Shown: positions 23,315 to 33,604 of the stretch, in pieces
Numbering within the stretch: the first letter of the stretch is position 1
Layout: each line of letters opens with the position of its first letter
Origin: Nitrospirota bacterium
GTDB lineage: Bacteria; Nitrospirota; UBA9217
Length of the DNA stretch: 64,000 nucleotides
Reading direction: 5' to 3'
NCBI GenBank assembly: GCA_963737155.1
Contig: CAVTRN010000002.1
Coordinates: 2,432,001 to 2,496,000, forward strand
The notes under the pieces: model-generated
The model's input: only the letters and a program-made list of their open reading frames with translations
Database searches by the model: none
Told to the model about the DNA's origin: nothing
Made by a program: the position numbers and the translations under genes

Positions 23315-23479
23315 TGTCGTCTTTTTACAAATCTCTGTTTTAATCCTTGCCGATAAAACGTGCTTCTATTCTCGACACTTTGTCTGTCCGCTCATGTCGG
23401 CGTTCACGAATTATTTCCGGAAAGACTAATTATCACTCAGGGATGTCTCTGAATACTCGTTAGCAAAGGAGTAAACAGC

Positions 23480-24754
23480 ATGTCGCTTTTTGATCATATA
23501 ATTCGCATCGGATGGAAAATCTTGTCGAGGCAGAAGAGACTCTCCGCACTTGTAAGTTCGATCTATGCGTCCGCCGCGTACCTCCTGTCATTACCCCCGT
23601 ACTATCGACTTCTGCGTCGATTCCAAAACGTACAAACACAGGCACCGAGACCCCGCGGTGTTAACATCGCCGGTTATTTAACCATGGAAAGCGGCGTTGG
23701 TGAAGCCGCCAGATCAATCGTCCGTGTGATGGATAAAACCGGCACTCCCTGTGCTCTCAATAATATCGAGGACCCGCTTTTCCGGAGCCGGAATGATACC
23801 TACCGACACCTATTCCGCCAAGATTCTCCCTACGGGATCAATATTCTTTGTTTCAATGCCGACCAGGTCCCTTCCCTGTCCAGACGATTGTCCCCCGATT
23901 GGTTCCCTGGAAAATACTCCATAGGCTACTGGGTTTGGGAGCTGGACACCTTCCCTAAAAGGTGGGATCCGTCATTTCGCTGCTTGCAGGAGGTATGGAC
24001 ACCCAGTTCATTCTGCACGAACGCTATCAAGACGCGGTCACCAGTACCGGTGATAACAATCCCTTATGCCGTCGATATTACCGCAATCGATTCTCTACGC
24101 ACAAGAGAATCGTTCGGTCTCCCTAAGGATGCTTATATCTTTCTCTTCATCTTTTCTCTTCAATCGGCCTTTGAACGGAAAAATCCTCTTGCAGTTATCA
24201 GGGCATTCAGCAAAGTGTTCAGCGGATTCGGCAAGAAAAAAGTGACATTGGTGCTTAAATTCAGCGGATCCGCTAGCCACCGGTGGGCATATGACGAGAT
24301 AGTGAAGGCAAGTGAAGGACTTCCAGTTATGATCATTGATTCATTTCTGGACAACAGCGCCCTGTATCGACTCATGCAGTTGGCGGACTGTTATGTTTCG
24401 CTCCACCGGTCAGAGGGGTTCGGCCTCACGATTGCCGAGTCCATGTTTTTGGGGAAACCATGCATCGCAACCGGCTATTCCGGCAATATGGAGTTCATGA
24501 CAACAAATACGAGCTACCCTGTTCGTTATACGATGAAGAAGATCGAGCAAAGCATTGGTCCATACAAGACAGGTGCATCCTGGGCCGAACCAGACCCATA
24601 TCATGCAGCTGAACTAATGCAATTCGTCTTCGACAACCCGGAAAAAGGGCGTGAAACCGGTGCACTCGCAGCACAGCATATAAGGGACTCATTCAGTCCT
24701 GAAGCACTCTCACGATTGGTTCAAAAAAGAATCAAGGAACTGCGGTATTTTTAA
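23480..24754 (+). CDS. GT4 glycosyltransferase
   Basis: SGVGEAAR, GYWVWEL, RKNPLAVI, SLHRSEGFGL..AESM, WAEPD. Confidence 0.88.
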   Translation: MSLFDHIIRIGWKILSRQKRLSALVSSIYASAAYLLSLPPYYRLLRRFQNVQTQAPRPRGVNIAGYLTMESGVGEAARSIVRVMDKTGTPCALNNIEDPLFRSRNDTYRHLFRQDSPYGINILCFNADQVPSLSRRLSPDWFPGKYSIGYWVWELDTFPKRWDPSFRCLQEVWTPSSFCTNAIKTRSPVPVITIPYAVDITAIDSLRTRESFGLPKDAYIFLFIFSLQSAFERKNPLAVIRAFSKVFSGFGKKKVTLVLKFSGSASHRWAYDEIVKASEGLPVMIIDSFLDNSALYRLMQLADCYVSLHRSEGFGLTIAESMFLGKPCIATGYSGNMEFMTTNTSYPVRYTMKKIEQSIGPYKTGASWAEPDPYHAAELMQFVFDNPEKGRETGALAAQHIRDSFSPEALSRLVQKRIKELRYF

Positions 24755-24908
24755 GGCAGGTGATCGTTAATTCAAGGGACGAGGGAGGCGCCCATCGCTG
24801 GATACCTACAGAGTCGATTATAGTTTCACAAATGGAATACTCCCTGATCGCACCAAACCAAAGCTATTTCGGCTCGCGGAGGTAGCAGCAATAAACCAGG
24901 CAACAGGT

Positions 24909-25943
24909 TCAGCGCATCACAGGCTTACTTTTCGAGGCAAACTCTTTACATTCCTGGTCCACCATCATTTTTACCACATCATGCATTTTATACTTCGCTT
25001 TCCATCCCAATTGTTTAAATGCCTTAGACGGGTCTCCCCTACCGACATTGATTTCAGAGGGGCGCAGGAGTGATGAATCTGAAATTACGTGATCTCGCCA
25101 AGAAAGTCCGACACAAAAAAAAGTCTGTTCCACAAATTCTTCGAGGGTCCGAGTTTCTCCTGTTGCAATCACAAAGTCATCAGCATGTTCTTGTTGAAGC
25201 ATGAGCCACATCGCAAGGACATAATCGGGTGCCCAGCCCCAATCGCGGGATATGGACATATTGCCGAGGTGCAGCTTCTCGTTGCTCCCCTGAGATATTC
25301 TGCATGCCGCAGATACGATTTTTTTCGTGACAAAGCGCTCGGGTCTTAGAGGGGATTCATGATTGAAAAGAATGCCGGAGCAGGCGAAGATGTTGTATGC
25401 TTCGCGATAATTCGCCGTTTCCCAGAAAGCGGCGGCCTTTGCCACGGCATAAGGACTTCTTGGGCGGAATGCCGTGGATTCATTGGCCGGGGCATCTCCT
25501 TCCATATTTCCAAAACATTCGCTGGATCCGGCATTATAACACTTGATCGGAAGGTCTATGAATCGGATTGCCTCCAGCAGGTTTAACATGCCGATGCTAA
25601 TACTCTCCAGAGTTTCTACCGGCTGTTGAAAGGAAAGCCCCACGGAACTCTGGCCCGCGAGATTATAGACTTCATCCGGCTTTGTTTTTACCAGTATCTG
25701 CAACACGCTCCGGAAGTCGCTTAACGCCATGGATTCGAGCTTCACCTTGTCCTGGATACCCAAAGCAGCAAGTCCGTGAAATGAGGCAATCTGGGCATCT
25801 CGAGAGGTCCCATAGACGTCATACCCTTTGTTCAAAAGAAGTTGCGCCAGATAGGCACCATCCTGACCTGAAATACCGCAAATAAGGGCTTTCTTTTTTT
25901 TATTCTTTACGCCTTCCATCATTTTTGCTTCCCCCGGTGGCAC
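24909..25943 (-). CDS. Second GMD-family enzyme (dehydratase or GDP-4-keto-6-deoxymannose reductase-like)
   Basis: GISGQDGAY, NLAGQSSVG, AGSSECFG, PRSPYAVAK, NHESPLRP, RDWGWAPDYV. Confidence 0.85.
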   Translation of the reverse strand: MPPGEAKMMEGVKNKKKKALICGISGQDGAYLAQLLLNKGYDVYGTSRDAQIASFHGLAALGIQDKVKLESMALSDFRSVLQILVKTKPDEVYNLAGQSSVGLSFQQPVETLESISIGMLNLLEAIRFIDLPIKCYNAGSSECFGNMEGDAPANESTAFRPRSPYAVAKAAAFWETANYREAYNIFACSGILFNHESPLRPERFVTKKIVSAACRISQGSNEKLHLGNMSISRDWGWAPDYVLAMWLMLQQEHADDFVIATGETRTLEEFVEQTFFCVGLSWRDHVISDSSLLRPSEINVGRGDPSKAFKQLGWKAKYKMHDVVKMMVDQECKEFASKSKPVMR

Positions 25944-25952
25944 TTATAGAGG

Positions 25953-27101
25953 CTATAATTTCAGGTTTGCTGCAAGAGCATCCCATTCAAAATCGACGGC
26001 AATGGTTCGCACCTGTTCTTTCATTCGCATCCGAAACGCCATATCATCTACCATTTTAATAATTGCCTGAACTATACCATCTCGATCATTAGGGGGGACA
26101 GTTATGCCCATCCCTTTTCTTTCTATAAGATCGGCCCAAGCGTCCCCTTTTGTTGCAATTATTGGCAATCCCGCCCATACGTAGTCCAGCATGCGTGTTC
26201 TGAAGGAGAAGCGCATTTCCAGACTGTCCTTATGAAGACTTATGCCGGCGTCCGCTTCCAAAAGATAATCGGCCCGTTGTTCATACTGTGTCCATTTTCT
26301 ATTAATAAAAACAGAAGTTTCAAGCAGTCCCAGTCTTTCTGCTTCCGCGATAAAACGGTCTGTGACAGCCATTTTTTGAGAATCAGGACTTGGAGGCATG
26401 AGTCCTGGAAAGTAAACTTTAATGTCGTCGCGCCTCTGTTTGATCTTCGCAAGGGCTTGCAAGAGCAACAACGGGTCGAACCAGTCCCAGATGCCGCCGC
26501 CCCATACCAGCAAAAAATCCGTATCCTTTATTTTAGTACCTCGAAGTACTGAATGCTTCTTGACCGGTTTAACGGCAGACAAGCCAAACGGCAAAACCAC
26601 AATCGTATCCAGCTTTGAAGTATAGCCGAGGATAGTCAACTGCCCTATCAGAAAATCCTTCTGCTTTTCATTGGCAACGAGAAATCCCTTGCCGAATCTC
26701 AGAATTATACGTTGACGGATTTTCCACAGAAGCAGCATTGCCCACTTCCATATTTTCCCGGAAAGGGTTGACGGTCTACGTTCAAGAAATTCAAAAATAA
26801 CGGGGTCATACTGATCGAAAATTATCTGTTTGCGAAGCGCGAGGGAAAGAAGAATAGCGACGGGACTGCCCGGCTGAATTACACAATCCGATCGGTAGAT
26901 CCAAGACAACAGATTTACAAGCGATGTCCTTCCCGTAAAGGTTAAACCTTCACTGGAGAAACCTTTTTCGAAGTACCGTGATAAAATGACCGCCTGATGT
27001 CCTTTCCGCTTCAAGGCGTGCGCCAACTCCCAGTAGCGGATACCGGGGCCGGCCATCGTCGTACCGATAACATCGTTGCAAATAAATATGAGTCTTTGCA
27101 T
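25953..27101 (-). CDS. GT4-like glycosyltransferase
   Basis: MAGPGIRYWE, WGGGIWDWFDP, FRTRMLDYVWAGLP. Confidence 0.8.
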   Translation of the reverse strand: MQRLIFICNDVIGTTMAGPGIRYWELAHALKRKGHQAVILSRYFEKGFSSEGLTFTGRTSLVNLLSWIYRSDCVIQPGSPVAILLSLALRKQIIFDQYDPVIFEFLERRPSTLSGKIWKWAMLLLWKIRQRIILRFGKGFLVANEKQKDFLIGQLTILGYTSKLDTIVVLPFGLSAVKPVKKHSVLRGTKIKDTDFLLVWGGGIWDWFDPLLLLQALAKIKQRRDDIKVYFPGLMPPSPDSQKMAVTDRFIAEAERLGLLETSVFINRKWTQYEQRADYLLEADAGISLHKDSLEMRFSFRTRMLDYVWAGLPIIATKGDAWADLIERKGMGITVPPNDRDGIVQAIIKMVDDMAFRMRMKEQVRTIAVDFEWDALAANLKL

Positions 27102-27113
27102 CCTGAGAAGTGA

Positions 27114-28310
27114 TTACGACGTCTGGGGAATAGTGGTTTTTGACTTAACGGCTTTTCTTATTTCAATCCAATCGAAGACGTCCTCGAGACCCACTACAAA
27201 AACAATGAAAATGCCTATGGATGGCAAATAAATCCGATGTTCAAAAATAACATCAAGAATCGGGACAAAGCTTTGTGTCGGCGACAGAGTAATATAAAAC
27301 CAGGCAAAACCAAAGGGGATCAGCGTCCATCTCTTCTTCACATAGAGCCAAATCGAAACAGCCACAACGCCAATATGCGCTATAAAAGAAAGCAATGTCG
27401 GAAAAGCAAACAAGCTCGTCGCTAAGGGAAATTCATAATCTAAGTTTTGATTTATGGGGAGTATAAGAAGCCTCATATAAGTCCACATGACGTTGAGTGA
27501 TGTCAGCAAATAGGTTAAGGGGGTGATGCCCTTCTGTCCTGAGATGCCGAAGCCGGCACCGTTCATTTGCGTCGTCGACATGTTGTAAATCAACACGCCC
27601 CAAGACAACGCTACAAGCGCATGCCAGCCCAAGCGAGAAAGTACCGGCTTGAATTTGCTGTTCGAAAGAAACAGAAAATCATAGAGAATCAACATTGCAG
27701 GCAACGTTACGGCCCATTCTTTAGACCCCATTGCGAGCGCCGCTGTGACAAAACTACCTATAATGAAGTAGAATTTCCCTGTCTTTGCCCCCTTGATAAA
27801 AAACAAAAAAGTGGCAAGATAAAAAAACGCCGCGATAAGCTCCGTGCGGCTAATGATATACGTTACAGCCTCAGTCTGAACAGGATGGAGTGCAAATAAA
27901 AGAGCGCCGACAAGAGCCATTCGACGTGACCTGTAGCTGTATTGATCGCTCAGAGCGGGCAATTCTAGAGTCCAGAGAATAAGTAAATATACAAAAATAC
28001 TGTTCACTATGTGGCAACTAATATTGAATATGTGCCATCCGATGACATTCTGACCGCTCAAAGCATAATTAAACAGCAGCGAAAGATTTATTATCGGCCT
28101 GGTTCCGTTAAAAGCGGCAATGAAATTGTCCCAGGTAAGTTGCTTAATGTTGATATTATCCACGATAGTGGGGTTATCATCAAAATGGAAGTCAGCCTTG
28201 AATGTGTTGGAATAAGCAATAAGGGTCATTACGGCAATAATACCAAATGCGATGAGATTGAAATGCTTTCCAAGCAGTACCTTGCTGATTTTATCTCTTA
28301 AAGCTTGCAT
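27114..28310 (-). CDS. TMTC-like GT-C membrane glycosyltransferase without TPR domain
   Basis: FHFDD loop, RP, HIFN...H, LFALHPVQTEAV.YI..R.E, SKE, EHRIYLPS; multiple TM segments. Confidence 0.72.
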   Translation of the reverse strand: MQALRDKISKVLLGKHFNLIAFGIIAVMTLIAYSNTFKADFHFDDNPTIVDNINIKQLTWDNFIAAFNGTRPIINLSLLFNYALSGQNVIGWHIFNISCHIVNSIFVYLLILWTLELPALSDQYSYRSRRMALVGALLFALHPVQTEAVTYIISRTELIAAFFYLATFLFFIKGAKTGKFYFIIGSFVTAALAMGSKEWAVTLPAMLILYDFLFLSNSKFKPVLSRLGWHALVALSWGVLIYNMSTTQMNGAGFGISGQKGITPLTYLLTSLNVMWTYMRLLILPINQNLDYEFPLATSLFAFPTLLSFIAHIGVVAVSIWLYVKKRWTLIPFGFAWFYITLSPTQSFVPILDVIFEHRIYLPSIGIFIVFVVGLEDVFDWIEIRKAVKSKTTIPQTS

Positions 28311-28396
28311 GATTGCTTTTGCTCCTTTGTAAATTTCAATACAACTTGTACTTTAACATGGTTTTGAAGGAAAGTAAACATTATTTTCCAGCACAA

Positions 28397-28777
28397 TCAA
28401 CCCTTTACGGTATTATTTGGAGCACTGTTGCCCAGGGATTCCTGTATCTGTTGGCGCAGTAGCGCCACCTCCTGCGCCAGTTGCTTGTTCTGTTCATACA
28501 GTCCGGAAATAACAACGGAAAAGTGAAGCGTAATGAGTAAGAGGAAAAGAAACGCAACCAGAAAAAGCAACGATGGCGGATAGAAGATACCGAGCAGATG
28601 TGAAACATATCCCAGAAGATCCCGCGACGATGAGAATATTAGCAGTACGCCCCCTGAAAGGAGCCACAAAAGCGAGTATTTTTCCTTAAGACTGCCCCTT
28701 CGGATAAGTTCCGCAACGATAAACAGCAACCCCCCACTCCCGACAATAGCTAGGATTTTTAATAAGTCCATCGGCAC
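28397..28777 (-). CDS. DUF2304 membrane protein (GacJ/Rv3632-like)
   Basis: LKEKYSLLW, LGIFYPP and C-terminal LAQEVALL; overlaps the GT2 stop. Confidence 0.85.
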   Translation of the reverse strand: MPMDLLKILAIVGSGGLLFIVAELIRRGSLKEKYSLLWLLSGGVLLIFSSSRDLLGYVSHLLGIFYPPSLLFLVAFLFLLLITLHFSVVISGLYEQNKQLAQEVALLRQQIQESLGNSAPNNTVKG

Positions 28778-29472
28778 TACCTCACTTTTTTCATGAGATC
28801 AATAAAAATTGCAATGAGTACCTTTGTCATGTAATATGCCGACCTTAGCGGAGTAATGGAGGATTTACCACCGGTCCGTTCCTGCATTGCAACGGGCACT
28901 TCAATCATACGCTTTTTTGCCTTATGGAGCAAGACAAGGGACTCCACCTCGGGATAGTCATCAGGGTAGTTCCGCGCAAAAAATTCTATGACACTCCGGT
29001 TCGCGGCCCGGAAACCGGAAGTACTGTCTGTAACAGACGTGCCCATGACCCGCGAAAGCACGAACGAAAAAATCCATATTCCAACCGATCTAAAAACAGG
29101 AGTTTTATATTCACTGGGCACTAGAAACCGGGATCCGATCACCATATCTGCCTCTTCAGCTTCAAGAGGACGCAGGAGTTTGATGATTTCCTTCCCCACA
29201 TGCTGGCCATCACCATCGAATTGCACAGCGATATCATAATTATTACGCAGCGCGTACAAATATCCTGATTGAACCGCTCCGCCGATGCCCAGATTAAACG
29301 GTAAATCCAGGACACTAATACCAAGTTCCCTCGCAATACGGGCCGTGTCATCTTTCGAACCGTCATTCACCACCAGCACGTGCGCCGAGGGGACGAACTC
29401 CCGCAGGTCACGGATTACGCCGGGAAGGCTCTTTTCTTCATTATATGCTGGAACAATAACAAGCACTTTCAT
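28777..29472 (-). CDS. DPM1-like GT2 (polyprenyl-phosphate sugar synthase, GacI/PpgS-like)
   Basis: VPAYNEE, NDGSKD, NLGIGGA, QFDGDGQH, DSTSGFRA. Confidence 0.87.
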   Translation of the reverse strand: MKVLVIVPAYNEEKSLPGVIRDLREFVPSAHVLVVNDGSKDDTARIARELGISVLDLPFNLGIGGAVQSGYLYALRNNYDIAVQFDGDGQHVGKEIIKLLRPLEAEEADMVIGSRFLVPSEYKTPVFRSVGIWIFSFVLSRVMGTSVTDSTSGFRAANRSVIEFFARNYPDDYPEVESLVLLHKAKKRMIEVPVAMQERTGGKSSITPLRSAYYMTKVLIAIFIDLMKKVR

Positions 29473-29600
29473 AAGATGAAAATAGCACGCACGCGATATT
29501 AATTTTTTAACAATTTATCAACTCGGCAAAAAATGATTTTTCTCATGGGCCTCTGTTCAGGAAAAGCGGAACCCCTTGACCGGCCTGACGCATCGGCTCG

Positions 29601-30626
29601 TTAATCTTTCAAGGCGACCTCACGGACCGATATACGGAATGTACAAAGCAACCGGTAAAAATCGATGCGGTTGAGCCGCCTCAACCGTGCTATCGCACGA
29701 CGTTGGGTAACGATATGTGGAAGCGCTGTGAACGCAGACCACCAAGCTTTCAGAAGGATTGCCATTGCCCTGAGAATGGAATGCTGCTCGGAAAACTTGC
29801 CGCTTGCGCCTTTGCCGGTGAAGGCACCGAGAAGATGAACAAGTAGCCGCACAAATGTAAGGACCGGGCTCAACAGAATCAATTCCAGAGGAAAATATTT
29901 GAGCAGAACCCATATTCTGTTCCGTTCGACCAGGAACGCTTTGAATGGTGAGTAAGCCGTCGATGAAGCCGAGTATTTATGATAAACCCTAGCCGAGGGG
30001 ACATATCGGCAACCCCATCCCGCAAGCCTGGCACGGAGTCCGATATCGACATCATCAGCATAAGCAAAAAATTCCTCGTCAAAAAGACCGATTTCGGTCA
30101 ACATTTCCCTACGGTAAAGGCCGGCGCAGCCGCTCGGGAAAAAGGCTTCACCAGGCTGGTCATACTGTCCCTGATCCTTTTCAAGCCTTCCCCTGCCTCT
30201 CCCCAAACCGTCCGGATAGAGGAGCAAGCCAACATTATCGAAGATCCCGGGGTTATCGTAGGAGAGTATTTTGCTTGCCCACATCCCGGTCGAGTGCGGA
30301 CTCGACTCTGCTTCGGACAGAAGATTCTCCAGCCAGGCGGGATCAGTTTTCGTGTCATTATTTAACAGGGCGATGTACTCACCCCGTGCAACCTTTATCC
30401 CGGCGTTATTGCCTCCCGCAAAACCCAGATTCTCAGGAAGCGAGACAAGTCTTACTGCGGGGTATTGTTCCCTAACATAGTCCGTAGATCCGTCTTGCGA
30501 CCCGTTATCGACCAGAATGATTTCAATTGCTCTCGCTGTTTGTGCCGCGAGTGAGTTCAGGCACTCCTCCAGCAGGCTTTTGCCATTCCAGTTAACGATA
30601 ATAACCGACACTATCGGTTGGACCAA
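29601..30626 (-). CDS. GT2 glycosyltransferase (rhamnosyltransferase-like)
   Basis: VIIVNWNG, DNGSQD, NLGFAGGNN, LLNNDT, FFAYADDVD; TTG start after GAAGGAG is inferred. Confidence 0.88.
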   Translation of the reverse strand: MVQPIVSVIIVNWNGKSLLEECLNSLAAQTARAIEIILVDNGSQDGSTDYVREQYPAVRLVSLPENLGFAGGNNAGIKVARGEYIALLNNDTKTDPAWLENLLSEAESSPHSTGMWASKILSYDNPGIFDNVGLLLYPDGLGRGRGRLEKDQGQYDQPGEAFFPSGCAGLYRREMLTEIGLFDEEFFAYADDVDIGLRARLAGWGCRYVPSARVYHKYSASSTAYSPFKAFLVERNRIWVLLKYFPLELILLSPVLTFVRLLVHLLGAFTGKGASGKFSEQHSILRAMAILLKAWWSAFTALPHIVTQRRAIARLRRLNRIDFYRLLCTFRISVREVALKD

Positions 30627-30828
30627 AAAGATACTCCTTCGGCTGCTCCTGCGGAATGACACGGCGAGAGCTATTTCACGCCTTTAATAATAATATATCC
30701 ATTATTAACAGTCAATGTATAGGGAATAATTCATCATTACAAGGTCGCGATTTGTGTGTATAGAAAATTTTGGGTAAAAAAGCTAGATTTTCGTTCCGGT
30801 ATCAAGAAGGATGAAAGTCTGTTCCAGG

Positions 30829-32724
30829 CTAAATATCCAGTTCTGCGAACTCTGCCCGTTCCTTGATAAATACAAACCGTGCCTTGGGGTCCTTACCCAT
30901 GAGCCGATCGAAGACATCGTCTGTCGCCTTATGGTCCACGACCTGGACTTTCATGAGAGAGCGGGTTTTCGGGTTCATCGTGGTTTCCTTGAGTGTCTCA
31001 GGATTCATTTCTCCCAGACCTTTAAACCGTCCAACCTCGAACTTCTTGCCGTTAAGTTTCGCGAGAATTTTTTCTTTTTCCATCTCATCCATGGCATATA
31101 AAACCTCTTTTCCAACCTCAATCTTGTAGAGCGGCGGCATGGCAAGATAAATGTGGCCGTGAGCAATTAATTCGGGTATGTAACGATAAATGAACGTCAG
31201 CAGCAGAACACTGATATGTGCGCCATCAACATCAGCATCGGTCATAAGGATTATGCGGCTGTACCGGAGTCTGGTAATGTCTAAATGGTCGCCTACGCCG
31301 CAGCCGAGTGTGGCAAGAAGGTTCTTGATTTCGTTGTTCGTCTGGATTTTCTCGAGTGATGCCACCTGCTCCACGTTCAGGATCTTGCCGCGAAGAGAAA
31401 GCACCGCCTGAGTCTTACGGTCGCGAGCCATCTTGGCCGAACCGCCTGCCGAGTCGCCTTCCACGATGAAAAGTTCCGTTTCCTCAACTTTATTAGAAGA
31501 GCAGTCCGCAAGTTTTCCTGGAAGATTGAGCTTCAGGGACGACAGTTTGCGGATCACGTTCTCCTTGGCTGCACGGGACGCCAGCCTTGCTTCGGCGGCC
31601 AAGAGGACCCGTTTCACTACCGCATCGGCCATCGTCGGGTTCGCAAGCAGGTACGCTTCACAGGCGTTCTTAACCGACCCTTCAATGGGCGATGAAATCT
31701 CGGGATTGTTCAGCTTTTCCTTTGTCTGCCCTTGGAACTGTGGATTTTTTATGAGTACGCTTACGATGCCGTACAGCCCCTCGTACACGTCTTCGGGCGC
31801 TATGGACTTGATGTTTTTGGGGATCAGGCCTTTACGTTCCGCGTAAGCGCGCACAGCTTTCGTGAGCCCTGACCTTACCGCAAGCTCGTGGGTCCCCCCG
31901 TCAGACGTGTTGATAGAATTCGCATAAGAGTGGATTTCCATATCCGTTGCAAGGGTCCAGTGAACTGCGCACTCGATTTTAAAATCATCTTCCTTTTCAA
32001 AATAGAATGGATCGGGATTCACGACCGTGGTACCCGATACGATGCGCTTGATATAATCCTGTATGCCGTTATCATATTTGAAAGTAACCGGCTTCTCGCC
32101 TTCGCGCAGGTTCTCGATCGTGATTCTGAGTCCCTTGTTCAGAAACGCCTTGCTCTCTGATACGGCGAGAATATCTTTATAATTGAAGCCTGTTTTCGAA
32201 AATATTTCAGGGTCCGGCCGAAAATAAATCTGGGTTCCGTGTGCCCGCGTCGGTTTGCCTTTTTTGAGACTGCCCTTTGTTTTACCCCGGCTGAACTCCT
32301 GGACCCACTCAAACCCGTCGCGCCATACCGTTGCGACAAAAACCTCGGACAGCGCGTTCACGACCGACGCACCTACGCCGTGCAGGCCGCCTGAGGATTT
32401 ATACACCGCATGGTCAAACTTGCCGCCGGCATGAAGCGTGCACAGAATCGTCTCGATCGCTGGCCGTTTCGTTTTCGGATGAGTATCCACAGGAATGCCG
32501 CGGCCGTTATCCACGACCGTCACCCCGCCATCCTTCTCGATCGTGAGTTTGATCTCCGTGCAATAGCCGTTCAAGGCCTCATCAACGGAGTTATCGAGTA
32601 CTTCCCACACAAGGTGGTGAAGGCCGCGTACGTCCGTGGAACCGATATACATGGCTGGACGTTTACGGACTGGCTCCAGACCTTCGAGAACGGTGATGTC
32701 TTTTGCAGTATAAGTAGCTGCCAA
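30829..32724 (-). CDS. Type IIA DNA topoisomerase subunit B (GyrB/ParE family)
   Basis: LEGLEPVRKRPAMYIG, EVLDNSVDE, DNGRGIP, GGLHGVG, EGDSAGG, LRGKILN, DADVDG, RFKGLGEM. Confidence 0.93.
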   Translation of the reverse strand: MAATYTAKDITVLEGLEPVRKRPAMYIGSTDVRGLHHLVWEVLDNSVDEALNGYCTEIKLTIEKDGGVTVVDNGRGIPVDTHPKTKRPAIETILCTLHAGGKFDHAVYKSSGGLHGVGASVVNALSEVFVATVWRDGFEWVQEFSRGKTKGSLKKGKPTRAHGTQIYFRPDPEIFSKTGFNYKDILAVSESKAFLNKGLRITIENLREGEKPVTFKYDNGIQDYIKRIVSGTTVVNPDPFYFEKEDDFKIECAVHWTLATDMEIHSYANSINTSDGGTHELAVRSGLTKAVRAYAERKGLIPKNIKSIAPEDVYEGLYGIVSVLIKNPQFQGQTKEKLNNPEISSPIEGSVKNACEAYLLANPTMADAVVKRVLLAAEARLASRAAKENVIRKLSSLKLNLPGKLADCSSNKVEETELFIVEGDSAGGSAKMARDRKTQAVLSLRGKILNVEQVASLEKIQTNNEIKNLLATLGCGVGDHLDITRLRYSRIILMTDADVDGAHISVLLLTFIYRYIPELIAHGHIYLAMPPLYKIEVGKEVLYAMDEMEKEKILAKLNGKKFEVGRFKGLGEMNPETLKETTMNPKTRSLMKVQVVDHKATDDVFDRLMGKDPKARFVFIKERAEFAELDI

Positions 32725-33010
32725 GTAAAAGCCTCCTTGTCAGATCGCAGATGTCAGACTATCGGAAAACAGATTAATTCGAAAGTCGCCAAGCAGTAAG
32801 CAATCTTCTGTTATCGTTCATCCTATTCCGCCATCAGACTCACCGCGGCAGATTATAAATCAGGCTGAGGGATAAAGCAATATGAAGTTTCGGGGAAGAG
32901 TCTCAAATGAAGGTGAGTGGAAGCAGACATTTTGAAAATAAAAATTTATCTTTGCGTCATTGTGGCTTCGTGTGTGGCTCGGCTTTCTGCGATTGCATTA
33001 TCTTTAGAGA

Positions 33011-33050
33011 CAAAAAAGGCCCCCCATCTACATGGAGGGCCTGGCCTTTG
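33011..33050 (-). terminator. Rho-independent terminator of the small lipoprotein gene
   Basis: GC-rich hairpin followed by a T-run on the minus strand. Confidence 0.55.
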
Positions 33051-33063
33051 TTCAGCCTGATCA

Positions 33064-33240
33064 TTAATGGGTCTCAGGCATTGCCGGAGCCGGAGCTGCT
33101 GTTGTGGTCATCGTCGAGGTTGGCGCTGCTGACATTGCAGGCTGTTCAGCCGGTTTCGGCTCCTCCTGCTTCTGACATCCCGCAAATGAGAAAGCCAGAG
33201 CAAATGCAAGAACCGCTATGATTACAGAGATCTTCTTCAT
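33064..33240 (-). CDS. Small lipoprotein with Ser/Thr/Pro/Ala-rich tail
   Basis: MKK + hydrophobic core + lipobox FAGC; strong SD GGAGGGGGTG; own terminator. Confidence 0.75.
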   Translation of the reverse strand: MKKISVIIAVLAFALAFSFAGCQKQEEPKPAEQPAMSAAPTSTMTTTAAPAPAMPETH

Positions 33241-33604
33241 AAATTCACCCCCTCCCTTTCCCGTCGTTAATAACTGCAACACGTTTACAGCAATATATAT
33301 GAATCGGATGAAAAACGCTTTGCAGCTTTGAGAACTTTAGATACATGACCCGATGTGGACTTGTTACCTGTAATGCTCTACCAAATTCTTCATTGAAACC
33401 TTCAAATTATATTACTTTTTTTTCAAAAAGCAAGTAAATTTAACGTTATATTATGAAATTGCGATTTATAAGCAAAAAATCAGAAATTGTAGTTATTCAA
33501 ACCTCGTTATTCGGTTTTGTGAAAATCCCTGCGGGCCCAACCTACGGAGATCTTCTGGTCATGAAGCACTTATTTCATGCGGACTTGGTAGAAAGAACCT
33601 TGAC

